A stretch of DNA of 64,000 bases, taken from NCBI GenBank assembly GCA_965249725.1, contig CBDFMQ010000002.1, positions 1,760,001 to 1,824,000 on the forward strand, in the 5' to 3' direction. The DNA is from Longimicrobiales bacterium (GTDB taxonomy: Bacteria > Gemmatimonadota > Gemmatimonadetes > Longimicrobiales > Gaopeijiaceae). This document shows positions 30,836 through 40,411 of this stretch, piece by piece. Each line of letters begins with the position of its first letter. Positions within the stretch are counted from its first letter, which is position 1. The notes under the pieces were generated by a model. The model was not told the DNA's origin and did not search any database. It worked only from the letters and a program-made list of their open reading frames with translations. A program made the translations under genes and the position numbers.

Positions 30836-32553
30836 ACGTCCAGGCTTGGACCTTCGTCCTCGTAGGGCTTTCGTTCGCCCTCTACATCGGAGTGGCCATC
30901 TGGTCGCGAGCACACTCCACCAAGGAGTTCTACGTGGCCGGCACCGGGGTCTCGCCCCTGGCCAACGGCATGGCCACCGCCGCCGACTGGATGTCCGCCG
31001 CATCGTTCATCTCCATGGCCGGCCTCATCTCGTTCCGCGGTTACGACGGCTCGGTCTACCTGATGGGTTGGACGGGCGGCTACGTCCTCCTCGCTCTTCT
31101 GCTGGCTCCCTACCTACGGAAGTTCGGGGCCTACACTGTGCCCGACTTCGTGGGTGACCGCTACTACTCGCAAACGGCCCGGGTCGTGGCCGTGGTGTGC
31201 GCCATCTTCGTGTCGTTCACCTATGTGGCCGGCCAGATGCGGGGTGTGGGCATCGTCTTCGGGCGGTTCCTCGAGGTCCCAGTGGAGATCGGCGTGCTCA
31301 TCGGCATGGGCATCGTGCTCTTCTACGCGGTACTCGGCGGAATGAAGGGCATCACCTACACGCAGGTAGCCCAATACTGCGTATTGATCTTCGCCTACCT
31401 GGTGCCGGCCATCTTTCTGTCGCTTCTCATCACCGGCACGCCGATCCCTCAACTGGGCTTCGGCGGAGTGGACCAGGCGAGCGGGACCTTCTTGCTCGAC
31501 CGACTGAACGGCCTGCACCAAGAGCTCGGATTCACGCCGTACACATCAGGGACCAAAGCCACGATCGACGTGTTCGCCATCACGGCCGCGCTCATGGTGG
31601 GCACGGCGGGGCTGCCCCACGTCATGGTCCGCTTCTATACCGTGCCACGAGTGCGTGACGCGCGCCTCAGTGTGGGGTGGGCGCTCGTCTTCATCGCACT
31701 GCTGTATACGGCGGCGCCCGCCGTAGCAGTATTCGCGCGTACCAATCTCTTGAACACGGTATCCGAGCAGCCGTACGCCGGGATGCCGGAGTGGTTCACG
31801 AAGTGGGAGGAAACGGGCCTCATCTCCTTCGACGACAAGAACGGAGACGGACGCATTCAATTCGTGGGACCGGATGCCCGCGACGCCGGAGGAGGGGCGC
31901 TCCAGAACGAACTCACCATCGATCAAGACATCATGGTGCTGGCCAATCCCGAGATCTCGGGGCTTCCGAACTGGGTCATCGGGCTGGTGGCCGCGGGGGG
32001 TCTGGCTGCTGCTCTCTCCACGGCGGCCGGGCTCCTTCTGGTGGTCTCTGCAGCTGTGAGCCACGACCTGCTAAAGCGAGGGTTCATGCCCGAGATCACC
32101 GAACGGGGCGAGCTCATCGCGGCGCGAGTCAGCGCGGCGGCGGCCGTTATCGTGGCGGGCTACCTGGGTATCAATCCGCCCGGCTTCGTGGCCGAAGTGG
32201 TGGCCTTCGCCTTCGGACTCGCTGCAGCCTCGTTCTTCCCGGCATTCGTCCTCGGGATCTTCTCCAAGCGCATGAACCGCGAGGGCGCCGTGCTTGGAAT
32301 GATCTCCGGCATCTCGCTGACGGCCGCCTACATCGTCTACTTCAAGTTCGTGAACCCCGCCGCCAATACGGCCGAGCACTGGTGGCTCGGGATCTCACCC
32401 GAGGGCATCGGGACCGTGGGAATGGTCGTGAACTTCACCGTGGCGCTGACCGTCTCGCGCTTCACCCCCCCGCCTCCCCAGCGGATCGCGCATCTGGTCG
32501 ATATGATCCGCGTCCCGAGGGGTGCGGGAGAGGCCCACGAGATCAACGCCTAG
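30832..32553 (+). CDS. Sodium:solute symporter (ActP-like)
   Basis: NGMATAADWMSAASF, GGMKGITYTQVAQY and GTAGLPH; ATG 30832. Confidence 0.93.
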   Translation: MNVQAWTFVLVGLSFALYIGVAIWSRAHSTKEFYVAGTGVSPLANGMATAADWMSAASFISMAGLISFRGYDGSVYLMGWTGGYVLLALLLAPYLRKFGAYTVPDFVGDRYYSQTARVVAVVCAIFVSFTYVAGQMRGVGIVFGRFLEVPVEIGVLIGMGIVLFYAVLGGMKGITYTQVAQYCVLIFAYLVPAIFLSLLITGTPIPQLGFGGVDQASGTFLLDRLNGLHQELGFTPYTSGTKATIDVFAITAALMVGTAGLPHVMVRFYTVPRVRDARLSVGWALVFIALLYTAAPAVAVFARTNLLNTVSEQPYAGMPEWFTKWEETGLISFDDKNGDGRIQFVGPDARDAGGGALQNELTIDQDIMVLANPEISGLPNWVIGLVAAGGLAAALSTAAGLLLVVSAAVSHDLLKRGFMPEITERGELIAARVSAAAAVIVAGYLGINPPGFVAEVVAFAFGLAAASFFPAFVLGIFSKRMNREGAVLGMISGISLTAAYIVYFKFVNPAANTAEHWWLGISPEGIGTVGMVVNFTVALTVSRFTPPPPQRIAHLVDMIRVPRGAGEAHEINA

Positions 32554-32714
32554 GGGGGTCCGCTGCCGTAGTGGGCAGTGTGGCTGACAAGGTCCTACGG
32601 CCGCGCCGCAGCCGGTGTTGTTGAAAAGACCCGCTTGAGGATCCAAGTTCGTTCCGGTTAGTCTGCTGCGGGCCAGCGAGGCTTCCAGATCCCAGAAACG
32701 CAAGGAGTGAAGAG

Positions 32715-33017
32715 ATGGACGACGAGACCGCAGGAACCGACCGTCAGATCGGCGGCGACGGGGGAGGCAAAGAGGAGCACAAGGTCAGCGGCGACAAGGT
32801 CATCGGGAAGATCAAAGAGCTGATCCATCAGGGCAACGTGCGCCGGATCATCATAAAGAACGACGAAGGTCGGTCGCTCATCGAAGTGCCACTGTCCGTG
32901 GGCGTCGTGGGAGCCGTGCTGGCCCCCATGTGGGCCGCCATCGGCGCTGTCGCGGCCCTGGTATCGAGCTGCTCCATCGAGGTGGAGAGAGAGCCGGCCT
33001 CCGATGAGGAAGAATAG
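32715..33017 (+). CDS. DUF4342 protein
   Basis: KIKELIHQGNVRRIIIK...LIEVPL motif; AAGGAG RBS. Confidence 0.85.
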   Translation: MDDETAGTDRQIGGDGGGKEEHKVSGDKVIGKIKELIHQGNVRRIIIKNDEGRSLIEVPLSVGVVGAVLAPMWAAIGAVAALVSSCSIEVEREPASDEEE

Positions 33018-33045
33018 GACCTCAGGGGGTGACACCGTAGCCGTA

Positions 33046-33071
33046 GCTCCACCTGACCCGTCGGGTGGGGC
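33046..33071 (+). terminator. Hairpin after the DUF4342 gene
   Basis: gctccacctga / tcgggtggggc stem with G-U pairs. Confidence 0.35.
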
Positions 33072-33110
33072 CGGCCCTGTTTCTGCCGGGCAACAACCCG
33101 GCCAATCGAG

Positions 33111-33146
33111 TTGACATACGGCCTCCCGTGCGGCATACCCACGGGA
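33111..33146 (+). promoter_or_regulatory. Sigma70-like promoter with inverted repeat; probably leaderless
   Basis: TTGACA-N17-CATACC-N6-ATG; TCCCGTG-N9-CACGGGA brackets the -10 element. Confidence 0.5.
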
Positions 33147-34594
33147 TGTCAGAAGCTACAACAGACCACGCCACGTTCGACCTTGCCCCAGATGACTTCG
33201 CACGATTGGGAGCGCGCCTCATCGAGCTGATGCTCGAGGCCTTCGAGGCCGAGCGCTCGGAGCCGGTGCTGGGGGATATCTCGGGCCCGGACCTCCGCGC
33301 ACTGTTCGATGAGCCCCTACCTCAGCAGGGATCCCCACCCGACGACATCCTGTCTCAGTGGCGGGACCACGTGCTTCCACACTGCCGCCGTAACGGACAT
33401 CCGCGTTTCTTCGGCTACGTCTGCACGACGGCCGATCCACTCGGGGTCCTGGCCGACGCCATGGCTTCGGCCCTCAACCAACCCGTCACGGCCTGGCGCT
33501 CGGCACCCGCCGCGACAGAGGTCGAGCGCCTCGCAGTGCGCTGGCTCGACGCGCTCGTCGGGTTCGGCGGTGATGGCAGTGGACTTCTGGTCAGCGGCGG
33601 TTCCTCGGCCAATTTCCACGGAATGGCGTGTGCGGTGACGAAGGCTGAGGAACTCGCGGGTCTCCCGGCTGGCTCACGACATCGACTGACCGTCTACTTG
33701 TCGAAGGAAGGGCATGTCTCGATGCGGAAGGCGGCCCAGCTCTTGGGGGTCCCCCCTGGGCAGATCCGATTGCTCGACATCGATGAGCATAGACGGCTTC
33801 GCCCTGAAGCCCTCCGCCAGGCCTTGGAGGAGGATCGAAAAGCGGGCCTGGTGCCCGCCATGATCGGCGTGTCCGCCGGGACGGCGAATACGGGAGCCAT
33901 CGACCCCTTGGATGAGGTCGCCGAGATCGCGGAGCAACAGGCCGTATGGCTCCATATCGACGGCAGCTACGGGGCACCGGCGGTCGTGACCGACGAATAC
34001 GCCTGGATGACCCGAGCCTTTTCGAGAGCCGACTCCTTGTCGCTGGACCCACACAAGTGGCTGTTTGCCCCCACGGACGCCGGCTGCATCCTGGTTCGGA
34101 ACGACGAAGATGCGAGGCGGGCCTTCACGCTCTCCAGCGAGTACACAGAGGTCACCCAGACCGACCCCATCGAGCGCTACGCCCTCTTCGACAGGGGTCT
34201 GGAGATGTCTCGGCGATTTCGCGGCCTGAAGGTCTGGACGATACTGAAGGGTCGTGGGGTCGACGGACTTCGAGGAGCCATCGCACACGACATCGCCCTC
34301 AGGAAGCACCTGGACCGGAGGGTCGCGGACCACCCTCGCCTCGAGCCCCTCGGGTCGGAACTGAGCATCGCCTGTTTTCGGTACGTGCCCGAGAACGCCT
34401 CGAACCCAGAGGCGGTGGATGAGGTCAACCGCACGATCATAGAAACGCTCGTCACAGAGGGACGGTGCTACATGTCACCCACGAGCCTCGAGGGACGGTA
34501 TTCGCTTCGCGCCTGTATCGTCAGCTTCCGCACTACCAAGAGCGATGTGGACTTCCTGGTCGACGAGGTGCTCCGGATCGGAGGAGGACAGTGA
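33146..34594 (+). CDS. Group II PLP-dependent (aromatic/acidic amino acid) decarboxylase
   Basis: HPRFFGY, AGTANTGAIDPL, WLHIDGSYG and SLDPHKWL motifs. Confidence 0.92.
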   Translation: MSEATTDHATFDLAPDDFARLGARLIELMLEAFEAERSEPVLGDISGPDLRALFDEPLPQQGSPPDDILSQWRDHVLPHCRRNGHPRFFGYVCTTADPLGVLADAMASALNQPVTAWRSAPAATEVERLAVRWLDALVGFGGDGSGLLVSGGSSANFHGMACAVTKAEELAGLPAGSRHRLTVYLSKEGHVSMRKAAQLLGVPPGQIRLLDIDEHRRLRPEALRQALEEDRKAGLVPAMIGVSAGTANTGAIDPLDEVAEIAEQQAVWLHIDGSYGAPAVVTDEYAWMTRAFSRADSLSLDPHKWLFAPTDAGCILVRNDEDARRAFTLSSEYTEVTQTDPIERYALFDRGLEMSRRFRGLKVWTILKGRGVDGLRGAIAHDIALRKHLDRRVADHPRLEPLGSELSIACFRYVPENASNPEAVDEVNRTIIETLVTEGRCYMSPTSLEGRYSLRACIVSFRTTKSDVDFLVDEVLRIGGGQ

Positions 34595-35223
34595 CCGAAG
34601 CCGGCGCACCGAACATCCGTTGGTGGGCGAAGGGCCTCCTGTTCGAGAACTGCAACTGCCAGGTGGTATGCCCCGGGCACATGCACTTCTCCAACAAGTG
34701 CACCCACGAGCGCTGCATCGGATACTGGGCCCTACGCGTGGACGAGGGCACGTACGGCGCGGTCGACCTTGCCGGCCTATGTGCAGTGATCGCATACGAC
34801 TGCCCGCAACACATGATCTCAGGCGGTTGGACAGAGGTGCTCATCGTGGACTCCGCCGCGTCGGAGGAGCAGCTCGAGGCGGCCCTGGCGATCTTGACCG
34901 GCCAGGCCGATGGCCCTTGGGAGGTCCTCGAGCGCTTCGTCGAGCGGCGACTCCCTACCCGGGTGCTGCCGATCGACATCACCGACGAAGGGGCCGTGAA
35001 GCGAGTCGCTATCGAGGGCCTTATGGAGGGTACGGTCGAGAACCTCAGAGGGAGGGACCGGGATCAACCGGTGATGTTCGAGAACATCTTCAATCAGATC
35101 CACGCGTCCAGCCAGGTGATCGCGACCGGCACGACCACCTACGATGACGGGGACATCTCGATCGCCAATGAGGACTCGCACGCCCTCTACTCGGAGTTCG
35201 ACTGGGCCGTGTCAGGGGAGTGA
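34591..35223 (+). CDS. DUF1326 protein
   Basis: W..KG..FENCNC..VCP....C motif and VDLAGL; GTG overlaps the upstream stop. Confidence 0.85.
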   Translation: MTEAGAPNIRWWAKGLLFENCNCQVVCPGHMHFSNKCTHERCIGYWALRVDEGTYGAVDLAGLCAVIAYDCPQHMISGGWTEVLIVDSAASEEQLEAALAILTGQADGPWEVLERFVERRLPTRVLPIDITDEGAVKRVAIEGLMEGTVENLRGRDRDQPVMFENIFNQIHASSQVIATGTTTYDDGDISIANEDSHALYSEFDWAVSGE

Positions 35224-35903
35224 CGAGTATGGCTCTCGGTCATCTCGAACAACCGGGTATCGTGCTCGGTACGGCCATGTGGATGCTCATGATGGTGGTG
35301 ATGATGCTCCCGGCCGTGCTGCCATGGCTCATCGGCTTCGCAGCCCTTTCACGCGACCGGGAGTCCGGATCCCTGAGAGGGGGTTGGGTGACCCTCTTCG
35401 CTCTCGGGTACTTCGTCGCATGGCTGGGCTTCAGCGTCGTCGGGGCGTCGCTCCAGGTCGGGCTGCATCAGTGGGGCTTGCTCCCGGTGGCGGCACTGGG
35501 TGTATCGGCCCTCGGTGTGTCGGCACTGGGCGTGTCGGCGCTGGCTACACCCTTGGCCGGCATGGTGCTGGTAGGGGCCGGGTTGTATCAGGTGACACCG
35601 TCCAAGGCCGCGTGCCTCGAGCACTGCCGGACCCCGATGAGCTTCTTCCTGTCGCGCTGGAGGAACGGCCCGGTCGGGGCTTTCCGAATGGGTGCTTCCC
35701 ATGGAGCCTTCTGTGTGGGCTGCTGCTGGGCGCTCATGCTGACCGGGTTCGCACTCGGAGTGATGAACCTCGCATGGATGGCGGTCCTCACGCTCGTCAT
35801 CGCGGTGGAGACTCTCGCCCCCCGGGGTGACCGGATCGCGAAGGTCGCGGGGGCGGCACTCGTAGTGTGGGGACTCGTCCTGATCGGCGGGGCGTGGATG
35901 TAA
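35220..35903 (+). CDS. DUF2182 predicted metal-binding membrane protein
   Basis: MW..MM..MMLP, YQ.TP.K.ACL.HCR.P, CVGCCWALM and GVMNL.WM motifs. Confidence 0.9.
   Translation: MTSMALGHLEQPGIVLGTAMWMLMMVVMMLPAVLPWLIGFAALSRDRESGSLRGGWVTLFALGYFVAWLGFSVVGASLQVGLHQWGLLPVAALGVSALGVSALGVSALATPLAGMVLVGAGLYQVTPSKAACLEHCRTPMSFFLSRWRNGPVGAFRMGASHGAFCVGCCWALMLTGFALGVMNLAWMAVLTLVIAVETLAPRGDRIAKVAGAALVVWGLVLIGGAWM
35493..35544 (+). repeat. 15-bp in-frame repeat (ALGVS x3) inside DUF2182
   Basis: Read directly in DNA and protein. Confidence 0.8.
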
Positions 35904-35998
35904 CGTTCCGCATCTCCGCCTGAGGCCTACAGGAGCTATGTTATTGGCCGCCCCTCGGATGGTCCGTCGCGACGTCGAATTCACTCCGATCCCCAGAC

Positions 35999-37747
35999 AT
36001 GTCGAAGAAGCCCAAGGTCACCGGCGCCAGCCTACAAAACGCATTCCACGAGATTATCTGGCCTCGCCGAAAGCTCATCGCCGTGGGCATCTTCCTCATC
36101 TTCCTCAATCGGTTGAGCGGGCTAGTCCTTCCGGCGTCCACCAAGTACCTCATCGACGACGTTCTGGGGCAAGGACAGGTCGATCTCCTCTTCAAGCTCC
36201 TGGGCGTCTTGGCTGTGGCCATCGGTATCCAGGCGGGATCGGCGTTCCTACTCACGCTGTTGCTGAGCGTCGAAGCCCAACATCTGATCGCCAATCTCCG
36301 GGCGCAGGTGCAGAAGCACGTGCTGGACCTCCCGATCCGGACGTTCGACAATGCGAAGACCGGTGAGCTTGTGTCGCGCATCATGGACGATGTGGAGGGC
36401 GTGCGAAATCTGGTCGGCACGGGGCTGGTGCAGCTGGTCGGGGGCACCGTCACCGTGGTGGTGGCCCTGGTCTTCCTGTTGCGGATCGACTTGATCATGA
36501 CCGTGCTGGCCCTCGTTCCGTTAGCTCTCTTCGGGATCGTCGCGACCAAGGCCTTCAAAACGCTTCGCCCCGCCTTCCGCGAGCGGGGAGCGATACGGGC
36601 CGAGGTCACCGGGAGGCTGACCGAAGCCCTCGGAGGCATCAGAGTCATCAAGGGCTTTCACGCCGTGGAGAAGGAAGGCGAGATCTTCGAGGCCGGCGTG
36701 CTCCGCATCTTCGACAACGTGAAGACCACGCTCACCACGTCGAGCACGGTCACCAGCCTGGGCACGTTCTTCATCGGGCTCGCGAGTGTCATGCTGCTGG
36801 GGTACGGCGGTCGACTAATCCTGCAGGGCTCGCTCACACTGGGAGAGCTGTTCTCCTTCACGCTCTTCATGGGATTCCTGGTCGGCCCTATCGTGGGGAT
36901 GTCGAACATCGGCACCCAGATGACAGAGGCGTTCGCCGGTCTCGACCGCACCGCCGAGTTACTGTCCTGGCCCCGGGAGGACGACGACCCGCTCCGCACG
37001 CAGATCATGCCCCCGATCGAGGGTCACGTGATCTTCGAGGACGTGTGCTTCGCATATGACGAAGACAAGCCCGTACTCAACGGGATCAGCTTCGATGCCG
37101 AGCCCGGTACGGTCATCGCTCTGGTCGGCAGCTCGGGCTCGGGCAAGTCGACCCTGGCCGGGCTGGCCGCCACGTTCCTGACGCCGGACAACGGCCGAGT
37201 GCTGGTCGACGGGATCGACCTCGCCACCGTGAGCCTCGCCAGCTACCGCGAGCAGCTCGGCCTGGTGCTCCAGGACGATTTCCTCTTCGACGGCACCATA
37301 CGGGAGAACCTGCTCTTCGCTCGAGCCGGCGCGTCGGACGCCGATTTGCAGTTGGCAGCCGAGCAAGCCCACGTGACCGAGTTCACCAATCGCTTCCCGG
37401 AGGGCCTCGACACGGTGATCGGAGAGCGGGGAGTCAAGTTGTCGGGCGGCCAACGCCAGAGGGTGACGATCGCCCGTGCCATCCTCTCCAACCCGCGAAT
37501 TCTCCTACTCGACGAGGCCACGTCGAGCCTCGACACCGAGAGTGAAGCGCTCATCCAAGAGAGCCTGGGCCAGCTCCTCCAGGACAGGACTACGTTCGTC
37601 ATCGCCCACCGCCTCTCGACCATCCAGCGTGCGGATCTGATCCTGGTCATCGAAGACGGGCGGATCGCGGAGCGCGGGCGTCACGAGGAACTGATCGCCA
37701 TCGACGGGCGGTATCACCAACTCTACACGGTGCAGGCGAGAATCTAA
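35999..37747 (+). CDS. ABC exporter, fused permease/ATPase (MsbA-like)
   Basis: N-terminal TM domain; GSSGSGKST, LSGGQRQR, LDEATSSLD and IAHRLST. Confidence 0.95.
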   Translation: MSKKPKVTGASLQNAFHEIIWPRRKLIAVGIFLIFLNRLSGLVLPASTKYLIDDVLGQGQVDLLFKLLGVLAVAIGIQAGSAFLLTLLLSVEAQHLIANLRAQVQKHVLDLPIRTFDNAKTGELVSRIMDDVEGVRNLVGTGLVQLVGGTVTVVVALVFLLRIDLIMTVLALVPLALFGIVATKAFKTLRPAFRERGAIRAEVTGRLTEALGGIRVIKGFHAVEKEGEIFEAGVLRIFDNVKTTLTTSSTVTSLGTFFIGLASVMLLGYGGRLILQGSLTLGELFSFTLFMGFLVGPIVGMSNIGTQMTEAFAGLDRTAELLSWPREDDDPLRTQIMPPIEGHVIFEDVCFAYDEDKPVLNGISFDAEPGTVIALVGSSGSGKSTLAGLAATFLTPDNGRVLVDGIDLATVSLASYREQLGLVLQDDFLFDGTIRENLLFARAGASDADLQLAAEQAHVTEFTNRFPEGLDTVIGERGVKLSGGQRQRVTIARAILSNPRILLLDEATSSLDTESEALIQESLGQLLQDRTTFVIAHRLSTIQRADLILVIEDGRIAERGRHEELIAIDGRYHQLYTVQARI

Positions 37748-37759
37748 GGGCGCTCGCGC

Positions 37760-38257
37760 CTACTCGAGCCGACGTAGAGTCGTGACGCGCCTCTCATCCG
37801 ACACTTCGCGGATGACCCGCACCTGGTCTCCCGAGAACTCTAGCCGGTACTCATAGGTCCCGTCCCCACTCATCGTGTTGGGACTCTTGGCGATGTCGAT
37901 CCTGATGATCAGACGATCGCCGACGACCTCGTAGGGACCCCCGTGGGCGTGGAAGACGTCGAACTCGGCGAGTCGCTCGAGCTCCGTTGTCGTATCGGTA
38001 AAGTCCGGCCTAGGACCCGACTCGCGGATCTCCTGCACCCCGTAGTAGCGCTCCGTGAACACGTAGCGACCCACCTCCGGATTGCGATTGACCCAGGAGG
38101 AGTCTCCCCGCTCATAGGATCGCTCGACGACTTCCCAGGCGCCGGTGAGCGCGGTGGGGGCGGTGAGCGCGGCGGGCGGGGTGGGCGCGGTGGGGGCGCG
38201 CGTTGCCGAGCCACCGACGATCGTCAGGGCCAGTAGGGTCGCCGTACGCATCAGCAT
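37760..38257 (-). CDS. Secreted hypothetical protein, lipocalin-like
   Basis: Signal peptide, LTGAWEVV and a beta-rich pattern; AGGAGG RBS. Confidence 0.65.
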   Translation of the reverse strand: MLMRTATLLALTIVGGSATRAPTAPTPPAALTAPTALTGAWEVVERSYERGDSSWVNRNPEVGRYVFTERYYGVQEIRESGPRPDFTDTTTELERLAEFDVFHAHGGPYEVVGDRLIIRIDIAKSPNTMSGDGTYEYRLEFSGDQVRVIREVSDERRVTTLRRLE

Positions 38258-38296
38258 GTGGGCCTCCTGGGCCGGTGGGAGTCATTCATCAGTCCG

Positions 38297-38464
38297 TCAG
38301 GGCGTCATGATGTGAGCAGTGCTGGTGCCGGCGTTCATGATCCAAGCGCCACCCGCTCTGGAGTCGTCCGGCAAGCCGGTAGAGGCCGTGGTTGCTCCAG
38401 GAACGGCAATGGTCTTGTGAACGCCCGCACTCTCGCGATCCCGGCCGTTCATGGAGTACCGCAT
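38297..38464 (-). pseudogene. 55-codon remnant resembling the C-terminus of a conserved hypothetical protein
   Basis: Manual translation MRYSMNG...TIAVPGATTASTGLPDDSRAGGAWIMNAGTSTAHIMTP*; too short for the ORF track. Confidence 0.45.
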
Positions 38465-38533
38465 CCTCGCGCGCCCTCGTGGGTGCCGCCGCCCAATACG
38501 ACAGTTGATCCTTCACACAAACACACGAGAGTT

Positions 38534-39079
38534 CTACTTCTTCAGCTTGTGGGCGAACTTCGACCTCAGCTTGGCTACCTTCGGATCGATGACGACCCTG
38601 CAGTACGGCTGCTGTCCGTTCCGTCGATAGTAGCCCTGATGGTAGGTCTCGGCAGGATAGAAGGCCTCGAGCTGCGCCACCTCCGTCACGATGGGATCGT
38701 CCCACACACCCTCTTCTGTCAGCTCTGTGATGACGGCCTCGACCGTCTCCTTCTGCTCTGGCGAGTGATGGAAGACCACCGAGCGATATTGGGGGCCCAT
38801 GTCGGCCCCCTGCCGATCCTGCGTGGTAGGGTCGTGAGTGGCGAAGAAAACGTCGAGCACTTCGCGATAGCTCGTCACCTCGGGGTCGAACTCCAGACGG
38901 ACCACCTCGGCGTGGCCCGACCGTCCAGAACAGAGATCCTCATACGTGGGGTTCTCGACATGGCCTCCGGAGGCTCCCGACACCACGGACTCCACGCCCT
39001 CCAGGAGTTCGTAGACAGCCTCCAGACACCAGAAGCAACCCCCTCCGAGCGTAGCGATCTCCAGAGGGCGCTCACTCAT
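38534..39079 (-). CDS. msrA: Peptide methionine sulfoxide reductase A
   Basis: GGGCFWC, HDPT, QYRS and AE.YHQ.YY motifs. Confidence 0.97.
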   Translation of the reverse strand: MSERPLEIATLGGGCFWCLEAVYELLEGVESVVSGASGGHVENPTYEDLCSGRSGHAEVVRLEFDPEVTSYREVLDVFFATHDPTTQDRQGADMGPQYRSVVFHHSPEQKETVEAVITELTEEGVWDDPIVTEVAQLEAFYPAETYHQGYYRRNGQQPYCRVVIDPKVAKLRSKFAHKLKK

Positions 39080-39216
39080 TCAGGCAGCCGCAATGCACAT
39101 GGTGATCCTCCCGTAGATGTCTGGTCTGGTGCGACAACTTAGATTGCGCGGACACGGGTCACCACCGAGGATGGCTCACGAGGCACGAATACCCGCTAGA
39201 GCAGAAGGAGATTGAG

Positions 39217-40392
39217 ATGTCACGCGTGAGCAGAAGCCTGGGTTGGTGCGTCATCACGATGACCGTATTGAGCGTGGGCTGCGAGCCCGCGGAATCGGGC
39301 CCCGCCTCGTTCGTCTCGAGGTTGGGAGACGACACGATCACGGTCGAGACGTTCACACGTTCGGACACCCGGATCGAGGGTCAGTTGGTCACCCGGCTGC
39401 CCTACACGCATCGGATCACGTATGCGGCCGATCTCGATCCGGACGGGAACATCTCCCATCTCGAAGCGGAAACGAGCACTCCGGCGGAGAACACCTCAGG
39501 TCCGGCTCCCCAGTCTTGGACGACCACCATCGCCGACGGGACCGCCACCGTGGTACGCACGGGGGGGCAGAACCCCGGCACCAACTCCTTCGCAGTGGGA
39601 GCGGCAGCGATTCCGACCCTCGGCAGGGCGTCCGTCGCCATGTTCGCATTCGAGCAGGCGATACGGCAGGCAGGAGGAGCCGAAGAGCACGCCGTCGAGT
39701 TGGTCTACCCGACTCGGCCGCAGCCGGTGAACAACAGCATCACACGGCTCTCCGGCGATACTGTGGCCATCACCTACTTCGGCGCACCGTTGATGGCTTG
39801 GGCCGACGCGGACGACAACATCATCGGCGCCGATGGCACACCCACGACCATGGACGCAGTAACCGAGAAGGTGGCGAGTCTCGACGTGGACGGCCTGGCA
39901 GCGACCTGGGCCGGGATGGACGCTCGGCGCGAGGGCATCGGAGTGCCGTCCCCCGCCGCTACCGCGCAGGGCACTATACACGGCGTGACGATCGAGGTCG
40001 CCTATTCCCAACCCGCGAAGAGGGGCCGCGACATCTGGGGCACCCTGGTGCCGCACGACGGCGTTTGGCGGACCGGTGCGAACGCCGCGACGGTCTTCAC
40101 GACGGGTGGCGACCTCGTTATCGGGGGGGCCGAGGTGCCGGCTGGCAGCTATAGCCTGTGGTCGACCTATTCTGCCGACTCCCAGCAGTTGATCCTCAAC
40201 AGCGAGACGGGACAGTGGGGCACCGCATACAACGCGGACAACGACTTCGTCGCGGTCGAGATGACCAAGTCGGAACTCCCGGGCGGCCTACTCGAGCGCT
40301 TCACGATTTCGCTGGAAGAGACGTCGGATGGCGGCTTGCTCTACCTGGACTGGGATCACACCCGCTTCTCGGTAGACATCCAGGTTCCGTGA
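39217..40392 (+). CDS. DUF2911-domain lipoprotein
   Basis: Lipobox SVGC; YSQPAKRGR.IWG.LVP...VWRTGAN and GQWG motifs. Confidence 0.88.
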   Translation: MSRVSRSLGWCVITMTVLSVGCEPAESGPASFVSRLGDDTITVETFTRSDTRIEGQLVTRLPYTHRITYAADLDPDGNISHLEAETSTPAENTSGPAPQSWTTTIADGTATVVRTGGQNPGTNSFAVGAAAIPTLGRASVAMFAFEQAIRQAGGAEEHAVELVYPTRPQPVNNSITRLSGDTVAITYFGAPLMAWADADDNIIGADGTPTTMDAVTEKVASLDVDGLAATWAGMDARREGIGVPSPAATAQGTIHGVTIEVAYSQPAKRGRDIWGTLVPHDGVWRTGANAATVFTTGGDLVIGGAEVPAGSYSLWSTYSADSQQLILNSETGQWGTAYNADNDFVAVEMTKSELPGGLLERFTISLEETSDGGLLYLDWDHTRFSVDIQVP

Positions 40393-40411
40393 AGGCGCAC
40401 CGCTGCACTCG

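Noticed and set aside
32554..32714. Riboswitch, ncRNA or IS end in this intergenic gap (also 10919-11174 and 16918-17055)
   Set aside because: No recognisable conserved motif by eye; an Rfam/Infernal scan would be needed.
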